From IMG/VR virus record IMGVR_UViG_3300005825_000016: a DNA stretch of 64,000 nt; one strand, written 5' to 3'. The translations under genes and the position numbers were made by a program. The notes below the pieces were generated by a model. The model ran no database searches and had not been told where the DNA came from. It saw nothing but the letters and a program-made list of their open reading frames with translations. This document shows positions 34,457 through 42,424 of this stretch, one piece after another. The DNA is from a virus. The stretch's first letter is position 1; each line of letters opens with the position of its first letter.

Positions 34457-34693
34457 GAATTAGAAAGTTGGGTTGGATATCGTGCGTGGGCAAAACAAAT
34501 GAAAGGTTCACGCAAGTACTGAAGTGGAGCGCCTTAGATGTTTAGCTCCGAGAAACGAATAGAACATCCGAAAGGGTGAGAGGCCCATCACTACACATAC
34601 GAAAGGGTAAGAAGATGAATTGAATGTAGAGCACCACCAAGCTCGCTATCTACTAAAAACAAAAGAATTAGTACTAAATTAGGAGATAGCAAA

Positions 34694-35059
34694 ATGAGCA
34701 TTGAATTGAAAATAAAAGTAAAAAATCTGGCTGACGAAGCCAGAACCATTCGTAAGGAGGAAGTCAAGCTCCATGGTGTGGACAAGTGGAATCTTCAGCA
34801 CCACCGGAAAACGGTCGTGCGTAATGCGGCAAGACGGACGCAGTTGGCGTACCAGATTTGTCGAGGAAGAGACTGGGAGTCATGTGCAAGTCACGATGGA
34901 TTCACAAGGCGCTCGGACTTCAGTGAAGTCAGTCGGATGGTTAAGAAATACGGATCGGCAGAGGCCGTAAATTCTCTGCCAAAAATTGAGTCAGCAATGA
35001 TGCTGGCTCTGTCTGGAGACCACGAAAATGCAGAAGACGCATGTAGTAATGCTGCTTGA
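34694..35059 (+). CDS. hypothetical protein
   Basis: 121 aa, SD AGGAG. Confidence 0.65.
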   Translation: MSIELKIKVKNLADEARTIRKEEVKLHGVDKWNLQHHRKTVVRNAARRTQLAYQICRGRDWESCASHDGFTRRSDFSEVSRMVKKYGSAEAVNSLPKIESAMMLALSGDHENAEDACSNAA

Positions 35060-35735
35060 TGAAAGCGGCTCAATGGGATGCCACCGTCAATCGGTGGTTG
35101 ATTCTTTCAACAGCTATGTCAATGAACTGAAGAACGGCACACCGCGATGTTTTTTGTCGCTGTTTAAGTTCGATCATAGGCACGGTATTGAGACGGTAAG
35201 GAAGGTATTCGAGAACCGCAAGGTGAAGGAATGCTATCCGCTCACATTGGAGCAATACGCTCCTTATGGCGGTACGCCGCTATTTGACGCTGTTGGGCAG
35301 TTAATCAAGCACACCAAGGAGAGGTTACCGAAAGAAGCCAAGGTTCTCTTCATCGTTCACACTGATGGGCAGGAAAATGCCAGCCGTCAGTACAATCAGG
35401 AAAGCATAAAGACACTGATTGCGAAGATGGAGAAGAAGCGGGGCTGGACGTTCGTATATCTCGGAGAGGGTGCACAGGCATGGAATGCAGGGTACGACTT
35501 CGGCATACAAAACGTGGCTAATTTTTCATCGAACCTGAGAGGTGCTTCGATGAGTAAGTTGGCCATGGCTACCACGAGCTACGCCTGTAGCGAAGTTGGT
35601 GGTGAGTATGGCGCAACACAGTCGTTCTACCATGATGCCCACCTAACCCCAGATGATATTGATGAGAGTGAGGCACCACGTGTGTCTTCAGCGGTTGATA
35701 CATCTGGTCAGGGCACAGAGGCTGGTAACAGCTAA
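35028..35735 (+). CDS. stand-alone vWA domain protein
   Basis: LLDESGSM (MIDAS DxSxS), GGTPLFDAVG, HTDGQENAS. Confidence 0.9.
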   Translation: MQKTHVVMLLDESGSMGCHRQSVVDSFNSYVNELKNGTPRCFLSLFKFDHRHGIETVRKVFENRKVKECYPLTLEQYAPYGGTPLFDAVGQLIKHTKERLPKEAKVLFIVHTDGQENASRQYNQESIKTLIAKMEKKRGWTFVYLGEGAQAWNAGYDFGIQNVANFSSNLRGASMSKLAMATTSYACSEVGGEYGATQSFYHDAHLTPDDIDESEAPRVSSAVDTSGQGTEAGNS

Positions 35736-35923
35736 TGTGCTACGCAACGGGCAGCACTCCATGCAGTGAAGAATGTGATGAAGCGGGGTGCTGCCTGTTG
35801 TCTTCTGAAAGCAAGAAGGTTCGTTATGCAGAAGAGCCAGACGAAAACGGCAGGATAGCTGTTTATTTTAATATCGAAGAACAATGGGAGCACAAGGGAT
35901 GGCTGATGCCAACAATAACGTAA
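35735..35923 (+). CDS. small Cys-rich hypothetical protein
   Basis: 62 aa, TAATG overlap. Confidence 0.4.
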   Translation: MCYATGSTPCSEECDEAGCCLLSSESKKVRYAEEPDENGRIAVYFNIEEQWEHKGWLMPTIT

Positions 35924-36360
35924 GCAAGTCTCACAAGTATCGAAAGCTGCCAGTGGTGATTGATGCAATGCAATTGCCGCCAGCTGAAGAAGATGCCAGC
36001 GAAGAGCTGAAGGCATTCTTGCACGAGATGAAAGAGAACTGGGAATCAGAGTATGGTGGGTACGTTGTTATCCATACTCTGGAAGGTGACATGGTTGCCA
36101 AGCCCGGAGACTGGATTATCAGGGGTGTGAATGGTGAGTATTACCCATGCGCCAATGATGTTTTTCAAAAGACCTACGTGGTGGCATGGGAGACAACCAT
36201 GACCCAAGAGCGTTTGGATGAAATTATTAAGAACCCAGAGGCTGATCTGACCATGGAAGAACATGGTAATGGCTGGCACTTTTGTTATGACTGGGATGGC
36301 TTGTTGGTGAACCGATACGACACCGAAGGCGAAGGGCAAGCGTGTACCTGCTATGACTAA
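35884..36360 (+). CDS. conserved phage protein (KYRKLP...GDWII...YPC type)
   Basis: KYRKLPVVIDAMQ...TLEGDMVAKPGDWIIRGVNGEYYPC. Confidence 0.7.
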   Translation: MGAQGMADANNNVSKSHKYRKLPVVIDAMQLPPAEEDASEELKAFLHEMKENWESEYGGYVVIHTLEGDMVAKPGDWIIRGVNGEYYPCANDVFQKTYVVAWETTMTQERLDEIIKNPEADLTMEEHGNGWHFCYDWDGLLVNRYDTEGEGQACTCYD

Positions 36361-36610
36361 CGTTACTGAGTTACCAGTAGGTGAGTTTGATGCGGTCAGG
36401 ACGTTACGCAATGCGCTGGCACTTGCTGAGAAGGGTGAGTTCAAACACGTGATTATTCTCACAGCAAGTGATTCAGATGAAATTATGGATGAACAGATCA
36501 TGGAGCCGCACTGGTCTCGTATGTCACGTAAGGACGTACTGTGGATGACGCGCTGGTTCAATAGCTATGTAAATTACCGTTACTTTGGAGCTTGGCATGA
36601 TGACGACTGA
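36353..36610 (+). CDS. hypothetical protein
   Basis: 85 aa in the overlapping gene chain. Confidence 0.55.
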   Translation: MTNVTELPVGEFDAVRTLRNALALAEKGEFKHVIILTASDSDEIMDEQIMEPHWSRMSRKDVLWMTRWFNSYVNYRYFGAWHDDD

Positions 36611-36809
36611 ATCGAGCACATGGCAGGAGAGGGTACAGGACGAATTAACCGAGTTGACTGGGCGACTGGTCAGGTTGCGTCAGTTCATAGCAACACCGGA
36701 GTTCAGGAAGCTGTCAGTAAGGCAGTGTCATATAATGATTGATCAGTCTCACGCCATGATGCAGTACGCCGATTCGCTATCTGCACGGCTTGCAGAGAAT
36801 GGGTCATGA
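36585..36809 (+). CDS. small coiled-coil phage protein
   Basis: WQERVQDELTELTGRLVRLRQFI...QSHAMMQYADSLSAR pattern. Confidence 0.6.
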   Translation: MELGMMTTESSTWQERVQDELTELTGRLVRLRQFIATPEFRKLSVRQCHIMIDQSHAMMQYADSLSARLAENGS

Positions 36810-37285
36810 AATTAATTCTCTTAATTCTTGGAATTATCTTATGGATACCTCTGGCTCTGCTGCGTTTTGCGCTGATGATCCCTGCTGCGGTGCTGGTGTT
36901 CTTCTCATTACTCGCTGATGGCGCGTACCGCACGCCACCTATGTGGCGACCGATCATCGGTAATGTTGAGGATATTCCTGCGAAGGCGAAGAAAAACCGC
37001 TGGACGAAGTGGGTGGAAATGTCGTGGCGCAACCCACTCACAGGGTTCGACAGCTGGCTGAAGCAGCCAATACCAGAAGTACACCCAAACCCGGATAAGT
37101 TGGTGCGCGGGCCGAAGCCAAGCATGTTCAAAGCTACGAGGTTTATGCAGCATGGGATTTTCTGGGAGTACTGGTCCCTGAGTGCGATGAAGAACGGCAA
37201 GTTCTGGGAGTTTCGCATTGGCTGGAAATTCGTTGACGGCAACGAAGACTTCGTACCGACGTTCCAGCTTGGACCAAAGAAATGA
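36806..37285 (+). CDS. membrane-anchored hypothetical protein
   Basis: Hydrophobic N-terminus, WRNP motif, Trp-rich. Confidence 0.6.
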   Translation: MKLILLILGIILWIPLALLRFALMIPAAVLVFFSLLADGAYRTPPMWRPIIGNVEDIPAKAKKNRWTKWVEMSWRNPLTGFDSWLKQPIPEVHPNPDKLVRGPKPSMFKATRFMQHGIFWEYWSLSAMKNGKFWEFRIGWKFVDGNEDFVPTFQLGPKK

Positions 37286-37304
37286 CCACGGAAGGGGAAG
37301 GGAA

Positions 37305-37601
37305 GTGAGTGACCAAAACAGACTTAGGGATATTGCGGTTAAGTATGCACACCTTATGTGGGTGACGGATTACAGCTATTTACTTAAGCAAGCCGACGAA
37401 ATCGAGCGCCTACAAGCAAGGGTAGATGAGTTGGAGAAAGGCTACGTCCAACTACAGAAATTCGTTGACGCGCAGGCAGAAGATGTCGCCCTATGGGGTC
37501 ATGCTCAATACATCTCAGAGGCGTACATTCAGCGAGGATTGCGCGGCTGTCATGCGTTCATTGAGCAGACTATTGAGGCACTGGAAGGAGAGGAGAAGTG
37601 A
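37305..37601 (+). CDS. hypothetical coiled-coil protein
   Basis: GTG start after GGAAG; ADEIERLQARVDELEK...ALEG. Confidence 0.5.
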   Translation: MSDQNRLRDIAVKYAHLMWVTDYSYLLKQADEIERLQARVDELEKGYVQLQKFVDAQAEDVALWGHAQYISEAYIQRGLRGCHAFIEQTIEALEGEEK

Positions 37602-38139
37602 GTGACCTGATTATTGCTCGACTGGAACAAGCGGTGGCCAGTTGCGAATTTATGGAACTACCGAACAATGCTCAGACATGCCGCGATGCCATAGTAGAAA
37701 TCGAGCGCCTGAACGACGCCAATGATGCCCTGATAGAGATTGGGCACAGGCAAGCCGAAAGGATGGAGAGACTATACGCAAGGGTAGATGAGTTGACAAC
37801 ATGGACTTCAGTTAAGGATCGGATGCCGGAGCCGGGGGAAAGGGTGCTGATTTATGGCACACGGTCTTATCAACCAAAAGGATTCAGGCGGGTCACGCTG
37901 ATCAATAGTTACGGTGCATGGAGCGATGAGCGTTATCCAGAAGGACACAATGAGGTCACGCACTGGATACCATTGCCTCCTGACCCAATCAAGGCACTGG
38001 AAGGAGATGGGAATGGATCTTGATGATGCGCTTAAACAGCTATATGACTGGTTGAGGAAAAGGAAATGAGAACCCAAAGAGAGACAGACCTAGAGGATGA
38101 GGTTAAACGCCTGCAAGCAAGGGTAGATGCGTTGGAGAA
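37398..38139 (+). repeat. dispersed 14-30 bp direct repeats across small genes
   Basis: GCAAGGGTAGATG(A/C)GTTG at ~37416, 37778 and 38117; GAAATCGAGCGCCT x2; GGCACTGGAAGGAGA x2. Confidence 0.8.
37598..38023 (+). CDS. DUF551-containing protein
   Basis: WTSVKDRMPE...VLIYG...VTHWIPLPPDP. Confidence 0.8.
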   Translation: MSDLIIARLEQAVASCEFMELPNNAQTCRDAIVEIERLNDANDALIEIGHRQAERMERLYARVDELTTWTSVKDRMPEPGERVLIYGTRSYQPKGFRRVTLINSYGAWSDERYPEGHNEVTHWIPLPPDPIKALEGDGNGS

Positions 38140-38238
38140 GCTCATCGTAAAGATGTGTGTGCCGTAGCCAAGGAGATAACACAGGGTGATAAGAAAGTAA
38201 CACTTTGTGGGTGTTAGGTAGGTGATTCAGAAAAATAC

Positions 38239-38502
38239 ATGATTGCATTAGATGCTCAACGCAGTACGATTGATCATGCAGGGGTGCACATGATGGGAGG
38301 CTCCCCTTTGAGCAACGGGATAGATGAGAAAACAGGTGTGATAAACGTCTTCAAGTTGTGCCCTGAACCGGGCGACAGCATCATGATCGTAAATTGCGGC
38401 ACGCATTTCGAGCTGCGCCATCAGCACTGGGAGCCAGTCACGCTCAGCCTTACCGAGGAAGAACTGGAAGGGTTACGACAGGGGATAATCACTTGGAATT
38501 AA
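38239..38502 (+). CDS. hypothetical protein
   Basis: 87 aa. Confidence 0.45.
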   Translation: MIALDAQRSTIDHAGVHMMGGSPLSNGIDEKTGVINVFKLCPEPGDSIMIVNCGTHFELRHQHWEPVTLSLTEEELEGLRQGIITWN

Positions 38503-38506
38503 AATC

Positions 38507-38644
38507 ATGACTGAACAAGCAAACGATACACCGTGGGCAGTGCAGCAGCGGGAGAAGATGGCGCGGCTCAAAGAGAAGCAGGGCAACCCCGGCACTACTG
38601 GTCAGGCCACAAAGAAGAAGGTCAAGAAGAAGGTGGATAAATAA
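38507..38644 (+). CDS. small basic protein (45 aa, not in ORF track)
   Basis: MTEQAN...KKKVKKKVDK. Confidence 0.45.
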   Translation: MTEQANDTPWAVQQREKMARLKEKQGNPGTTGQATKKKVKKKVDK

Positions 38645-38751
38645 CCATTCACTGGTATAAACTTCACACAATCTGATGTCCCTGCCACAGGTGGCGACTC
38701 AATGGTGGATCAGGGGCTGCTACGTGCAGCCCTATCTGTATTGGGAGCAGC

Positions 38752-39354
38752 ATGGCTTATTCGGGACAACGCAGGATCGCATTTGAGACGGGCTTCAATG
38801 ACGCCTTGTTTGGGCGACCGCGAGATAACCCCTATAATGTCGCCGTAGTCGCAAGCTCATACCAAGCATATGAAGAGGGCTATGAGTCTGGTCTCATTTC
38901 AGATACACCACCACGAGGCCCCAGAGGGGAGCAGGGCGAAGCTGGTCCGGCAGGGGCTACAGGTGCACCCGGAACCAACGGTCTTAACGGAGCGGATGGT
39001 ACAAGCGTTTTCACAGGCAATGGGGCACCGGGGGCTGGTCTTGGCAATGACGGTGATGTCTACATCGACGCAGACAATGGTGACATCTATCAGAAGGTCA
39101 CTGGCTCATGGAGTCTGCAAGGGAGTCCGGGGAGCATGGCCCTAACCACACGAAGCGACACGATTGATCCAACTGTATTTCCAGAGGTCACCTATCGCGG
39201 TGACGCATTACCCGGCACAGCAACATCAGCAGCAGCATGGCGCGTGCAGCGAATGACTCTGCAAAGTGATGGCGATATAGCTATCGTGTTTGCTGATGGT
39301 AACGATAACTTCGATAACATTTGGGACAACAGGCTTAGCCTGTCCTACTCATAG
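38752..39354 (+). CDS. collagen-repeat virion-associated protein
   Basis: G-X-Y run GPRGEQGEAGPAGATGAPGTNGLNGADG (38917-39000); C-terminal AAAWRVQR...WDNRLSLSYS module. Confidence 0.75.
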   Translation: MAYSGQRRIAFETGFNDALFGRPRDNPYNVAVVASSYQAYEEGYESGLISDTPPRGPRGEQGEAGPAGATGAPGTNGLNGADGTSVFTGNGAPGAGLGNDGDVYIDADNGDIYQKVTGSWSLQGSPGSMALTTRSDTIDPTVFPEVTYRGDALPGTATSAAAWRVQRMTLQSDGDIAIVFADGNDNFDNIWDNRLSLSYS

Positions 39355-39363
39355 GAGCAAGAG

Positions 39364-39612
39364 ATGTCACGTAACAAGATGCGTAAAAGCCCAGACTCAC
39401 CAAAGAAGGTACAGAAACGAGGTGCTGGTGAAGTGCAGAGGTCTCAGTCTGGTGGGGCAGTAAAGGGGTCAATTCCAAATAAGGGCGGCTCGAATGAGGC
39501 TGATTTTGAAGCAGGTATAGGGAAGACTGTGGCCATGAAAGAGAAGAAGGCCAAGGGTAACGATAAGGTCGCAAACATGCGAGCAATGCAGCAAGCGAAA
39601 AGGGGAAAGTGA
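39364..39612 (+). CDS. small basic low-complexity protein
   Basis: Lys/Gly-rich, 82 aa, SD AGGAG. Confidence 0.55.
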   Translation: MSRNKMRKSPDSPKKVQKRGAGEVQRSQSGGAVKGSIPNKGGSNEADFEAGIGKTVAMKEKKAKGNDKVANMRAMQQAKRGK

Positions 39613-39950
39613 TGGGGCGCAGCAACAAAGAAGCACGACCGGGCCAAGCTGTTGACGGTGGTGGCATGGTCAATCCAAGCATGATGGGTGCAGGCATTGG
39701 CATCAGGCCGACAGGACCAACAGCAGGCAGCGGGATGGAGCGTGCTATGGCTAGGCCGATGGGTGGTGGGGCACAGACCCCAGCTCCATTGCAGGCACCA
39801 GAGTCAACAGAAGACACCAGTGGCGCAATGGGTCAGTTTGGTGAGTCCATAGGTGCGGTGATGAAGGAGCGCGGTATACGCAAGCAGGCAGCGAGTAAAC
39901 CAAAGAGCGTGGCGAATAAATCCAAAATCAAATTGCGTGGACCAATCTAA
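39609..39950 (+). CDS. small Met/Gly-rich low-complexity protein
   Basis: 113 aa, overlapping starts/stops. Confidence 0.55.
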   Translation: MMGRSNKEARPGQAVDGGGMVNPSMMGAGIGIRPTGPTAGSGMERAMARPMGGGAQTPAPLQAPESTEDTSGAMGQFGESIGAVMKERGIRKQAASKPKSVANKSKIKLRGPI

Positions 39951-40363
39951 TGACAGGGAAGGTGACAGTCATTGCTCGCTGGGAGACAGGCCAGATGTCG
40001 CCACTCAAGGAGTGGAACATGTGGCGGCAGGTGAAGGGATCATTCAATGTTGATCGTTTTGTCTTTGTGCCTACGCAGAAGTTTATGACTGGTTACACCT
40101 TCGACCAGTACGACACGATGGAAGAGGCATTAGCATCGGCAGATGGTAAGCGCGTATTCCTTGAGCCGACTGGGTACAATTCTGTGTATGACATTCCGCA
40201 GGGCGATATTGTGTTGGTACTGGGCAACACAGACAGTGACAACTTGATGCACGCGCAGGTGAATGAGACGTATGCGATCAAGACACCAGCCGGTCCAACC
40301 ATGGCGCACCTGTATGGCACTAACGCAGCTTCCATTGCTCTGGCGATCAGGTATGGGCAATGA
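39950..40363 (+). CDS. minimal SPOUT (TrmL/SpoU-like) fold protein
   Basis: IVLVLGN...YAIKTP...HLYGTNAASIALA resembles the SPOUT knot C-terminal motifs. Confidence 0.45.
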   Translation: MTGKVTVIARWETGQMSPLKEWNMWRQVKGSFNVDRFVFVPTQKFMTGYTFDQYDTMEEALASADGKRVFLEPTGYNSVYDIPQGDIVLVLGNTDSDNLMHAQVNETYAIKTPAGPTMAHLYGTNAASIALAIRYGQ

Positions 40364-42402
40364 CGACTGACAATCGAACAACGTTGAATGCTTGTGATGC
40401 CAATACCAGTTGGACTGGTGATGATGGTACGCCTACAGCGGTTACCGAGGCTGGCTTGTATTATGAGAATGGCACGTCACTCAGTTTCCAGCACTCGAAC
40501 GCCGATGAACACACGTACACGACAGCGGTAACTGGTTCGCCAGTTGATCTATCTGATGCAACAGTGTTCCTGATTGTGAAGGTGAATCAGCAGAACACGC
40601 AGGCCAATGGTGGGATGAAGTATGTGCTGGGCGATGGCACAGATCGCATCGGTATTGAGACGAATGGTGCTGACAACCCCGGTGTGCAGCTCTCGAATCT
40701 GTTCTATGGGATGTCACTGGATGTCACTAACCGTACGGCCTTCACACAGCACGTGTTTGCCGGGGTTGCTGCCAACCTGACGGTTACTGCGATCACAGTC
40801 GCTGGATATGGATCATTGCACCTTGCTAAGGCGCAGGGTGCGGTTGATAACGTCTATCTTGATCGACTGTCATGGATTGCTAATGATTCGCCTGCTATTA
40901 CGATCAATGGTGGCACATCCGGCACGCCAGAGACATGGAGCGATGTGGCCGGGGATGACTCGACCAATGGCTGGGGGGTGTGTGGCAATCCGGTCGCCAG
41001 TCAGTTCCAAATCAATTGCCCATTCGCGATAGGCACGACAGCGGCGGCTGATTCGTATTTCACGATGTCAAACGTGCAGCTTTATCTGCTTGGTCAGACA
41101 TATGCCGCAACGCACTTCTTCTGGGAGTTGTTGGCAAACGCAGGGCAGACGCATCAGTTGGTGATTGATGGTTCACAGGTCATCTCAGTGGCTGGTGCGA
41201 CAGGCGTACCGTGTGACCTGAATTGGAACAATAGTAATTTTGACAACATTCAAGTGGATGGATCGTTGTTTGTTGGTATTGGCAACCTGACGTTGCCAGT
41301 AGACAGTGCGACCAGATGGATTCGAACAACGACATTTGATAGCCCAACACGCATTACGCCAAACACTTTCGAGATGACTGACTGTGTGCTGGCGGCTGGC
41401 AGTAACACGAATGCCAATGGCATGGTATTGCTTGATACAGCTGGTGATAGTGACAACATGTCAGGCATCAGTTTTATATCTGACGGCACAGGTCATGCTA
41501 TTGAGATCAGCGCGGCTGGCACGTATGACTTTAACAACATCACATTTACCAGTTACGGAGCAGACGGCACGACAGATGCGGCTGTGTATATATCGGTAAA
41601 CGCCGCTGTCACGATCAACGTTTTGGGTGGTGGAGATACGCCCACAGTCAGGAATTCAGGCACCGCACCAACGATTAACAACTCAGTGACAGTCACTGTG
41701 GATGGCGTTGCCGAGGGTACTGCTTGTAAGGTGGTTGCTAACGAGACGGCTGGCACTGTGACCGTTGGTGATACACTTGGAGAAGGACTGGCTGACAGTA
41801 CTGGAGCATTCTCCTTTTCGCTCAACTATGAGGGCGCATTTGGTGCTGGCCTTGATGTTATTGCGCGAGCGCGTAATCAAGGCTTGGCGAATGCAGCTAT
41901 AGCTGATGACAATGGTGTGTTCACCGATCAAACAGGACAATCGAACTCAGCCACAGCTGCTGATATGAATTTATTGCCAGCCACGCCAGTTGTGAATCAG
42001 GACAGTTATATCTTTGGTCACCATGAGCAGTTCAGTGGGCTGAAGATCAACGTCTCGACAGCTGGCACTGGTGGGTTTACGATTACATGGCAATACTGGA
42101 ATGGCGCGTGGACCAATCTATCAGGGGTAACTGATGACACGAGCAGCTTTTCAGTATCAGGTACGAACTACGTAACATGGACGTTACCGGGAGACTGGGC
42201 AACGACCACAATTAATTCACAGGGACCGTTCTATTTTGTGCGAGCGCGTTACACCGCAGGAACTGTTACCGTGACCCCACTAGGTAGGAGCGTCACGCTT
42301 GATGTGACTCGATACTTACCATTTCAGCAAAATCGCACAATCACCGCAGCAGGTCTTACCGTCACTGTTCCACAGGCCGTAGATCGGATAGCACAATTCT
42401 AA
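40360..42402 (+). CDS. beta-rich virion structural/fibre protein
   Basis: 680 aa, Thr/Gly/Asn-rich, beta-helix-like middle. Confidence 0.6.
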   Translation: MTTDNRTTLNACDANTSWTGDDGTPTAVTEAGLYYENGTSLSFQHSNADEHTYTTAVTGSPVDLSDATVFLIVKVNQQNTQANGGMKYVLGDGTDRIGIETNGADNPGVQLSNLFYGMSLDVTNRTAFTQHVFAGVAANLTVTAITVAGYGSLHLAKAQGAVDNVYLDRLSWIANDSPAITINGGTSGTPETWSDVAGDDSTNGWGVCGNPVASQFQINCPFAIGTTAAADSYFTMSNVQLYLLGQTYAATHFFWELLANAGQTHQLVIDGSQVISVAGATGVPCDLNWNNSNFDNIQVDGSLFVGIGNLTLPVDSATRWIRTTTFDSPTRITPNTFEMTDCVLAAGSNTNANGMVLLDTAGDSDNMSGISFISDGTGHAIEISAAGTYDFNNITFTSYGADGTTDAAVYISVNAAVTINVLGGGDTPTVRNSGTAPTINNSVTVTVDGVAEGTACKVVANETAGTVTVGDTLGEGLADSTGAFSFSLNYEGAFGAGLDVIARARNQGLANAAIADDNGVFTDQTGQSNSATAADMNLLPATPVVNQDSYIFGHHEQFSGLKINVSTAGTGGFTITWQYWNGAWTNLSGVTDDTSSFSVSGTNYVTWTLPGDWATTTINSQGPFYFVRARYTAGTVTVTPLGRSVTLDVTRYLPFQQNRTITAAGLTVTVPQAVDRIAQF

Positions 42403-42424
42403 TGAACCTAATAGGAGCAGCAAC

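Noticed and set aside
34486-34516. c-di-GMP-I riboswitch (GGGCAAA...GAAA...ACGCAAG)
   Set aside because: P2 pairs poorly, no convincing P1/P3 or receptor, and an alternative 8-bp hairpin is stronger; kept only as something to test
34519-34557. Hammerhead-like CUGAAGU-stem-GAGAAAC
   Set aside because: A9 missing, extra GA, and no GUH cleavage triplet or stem III partner
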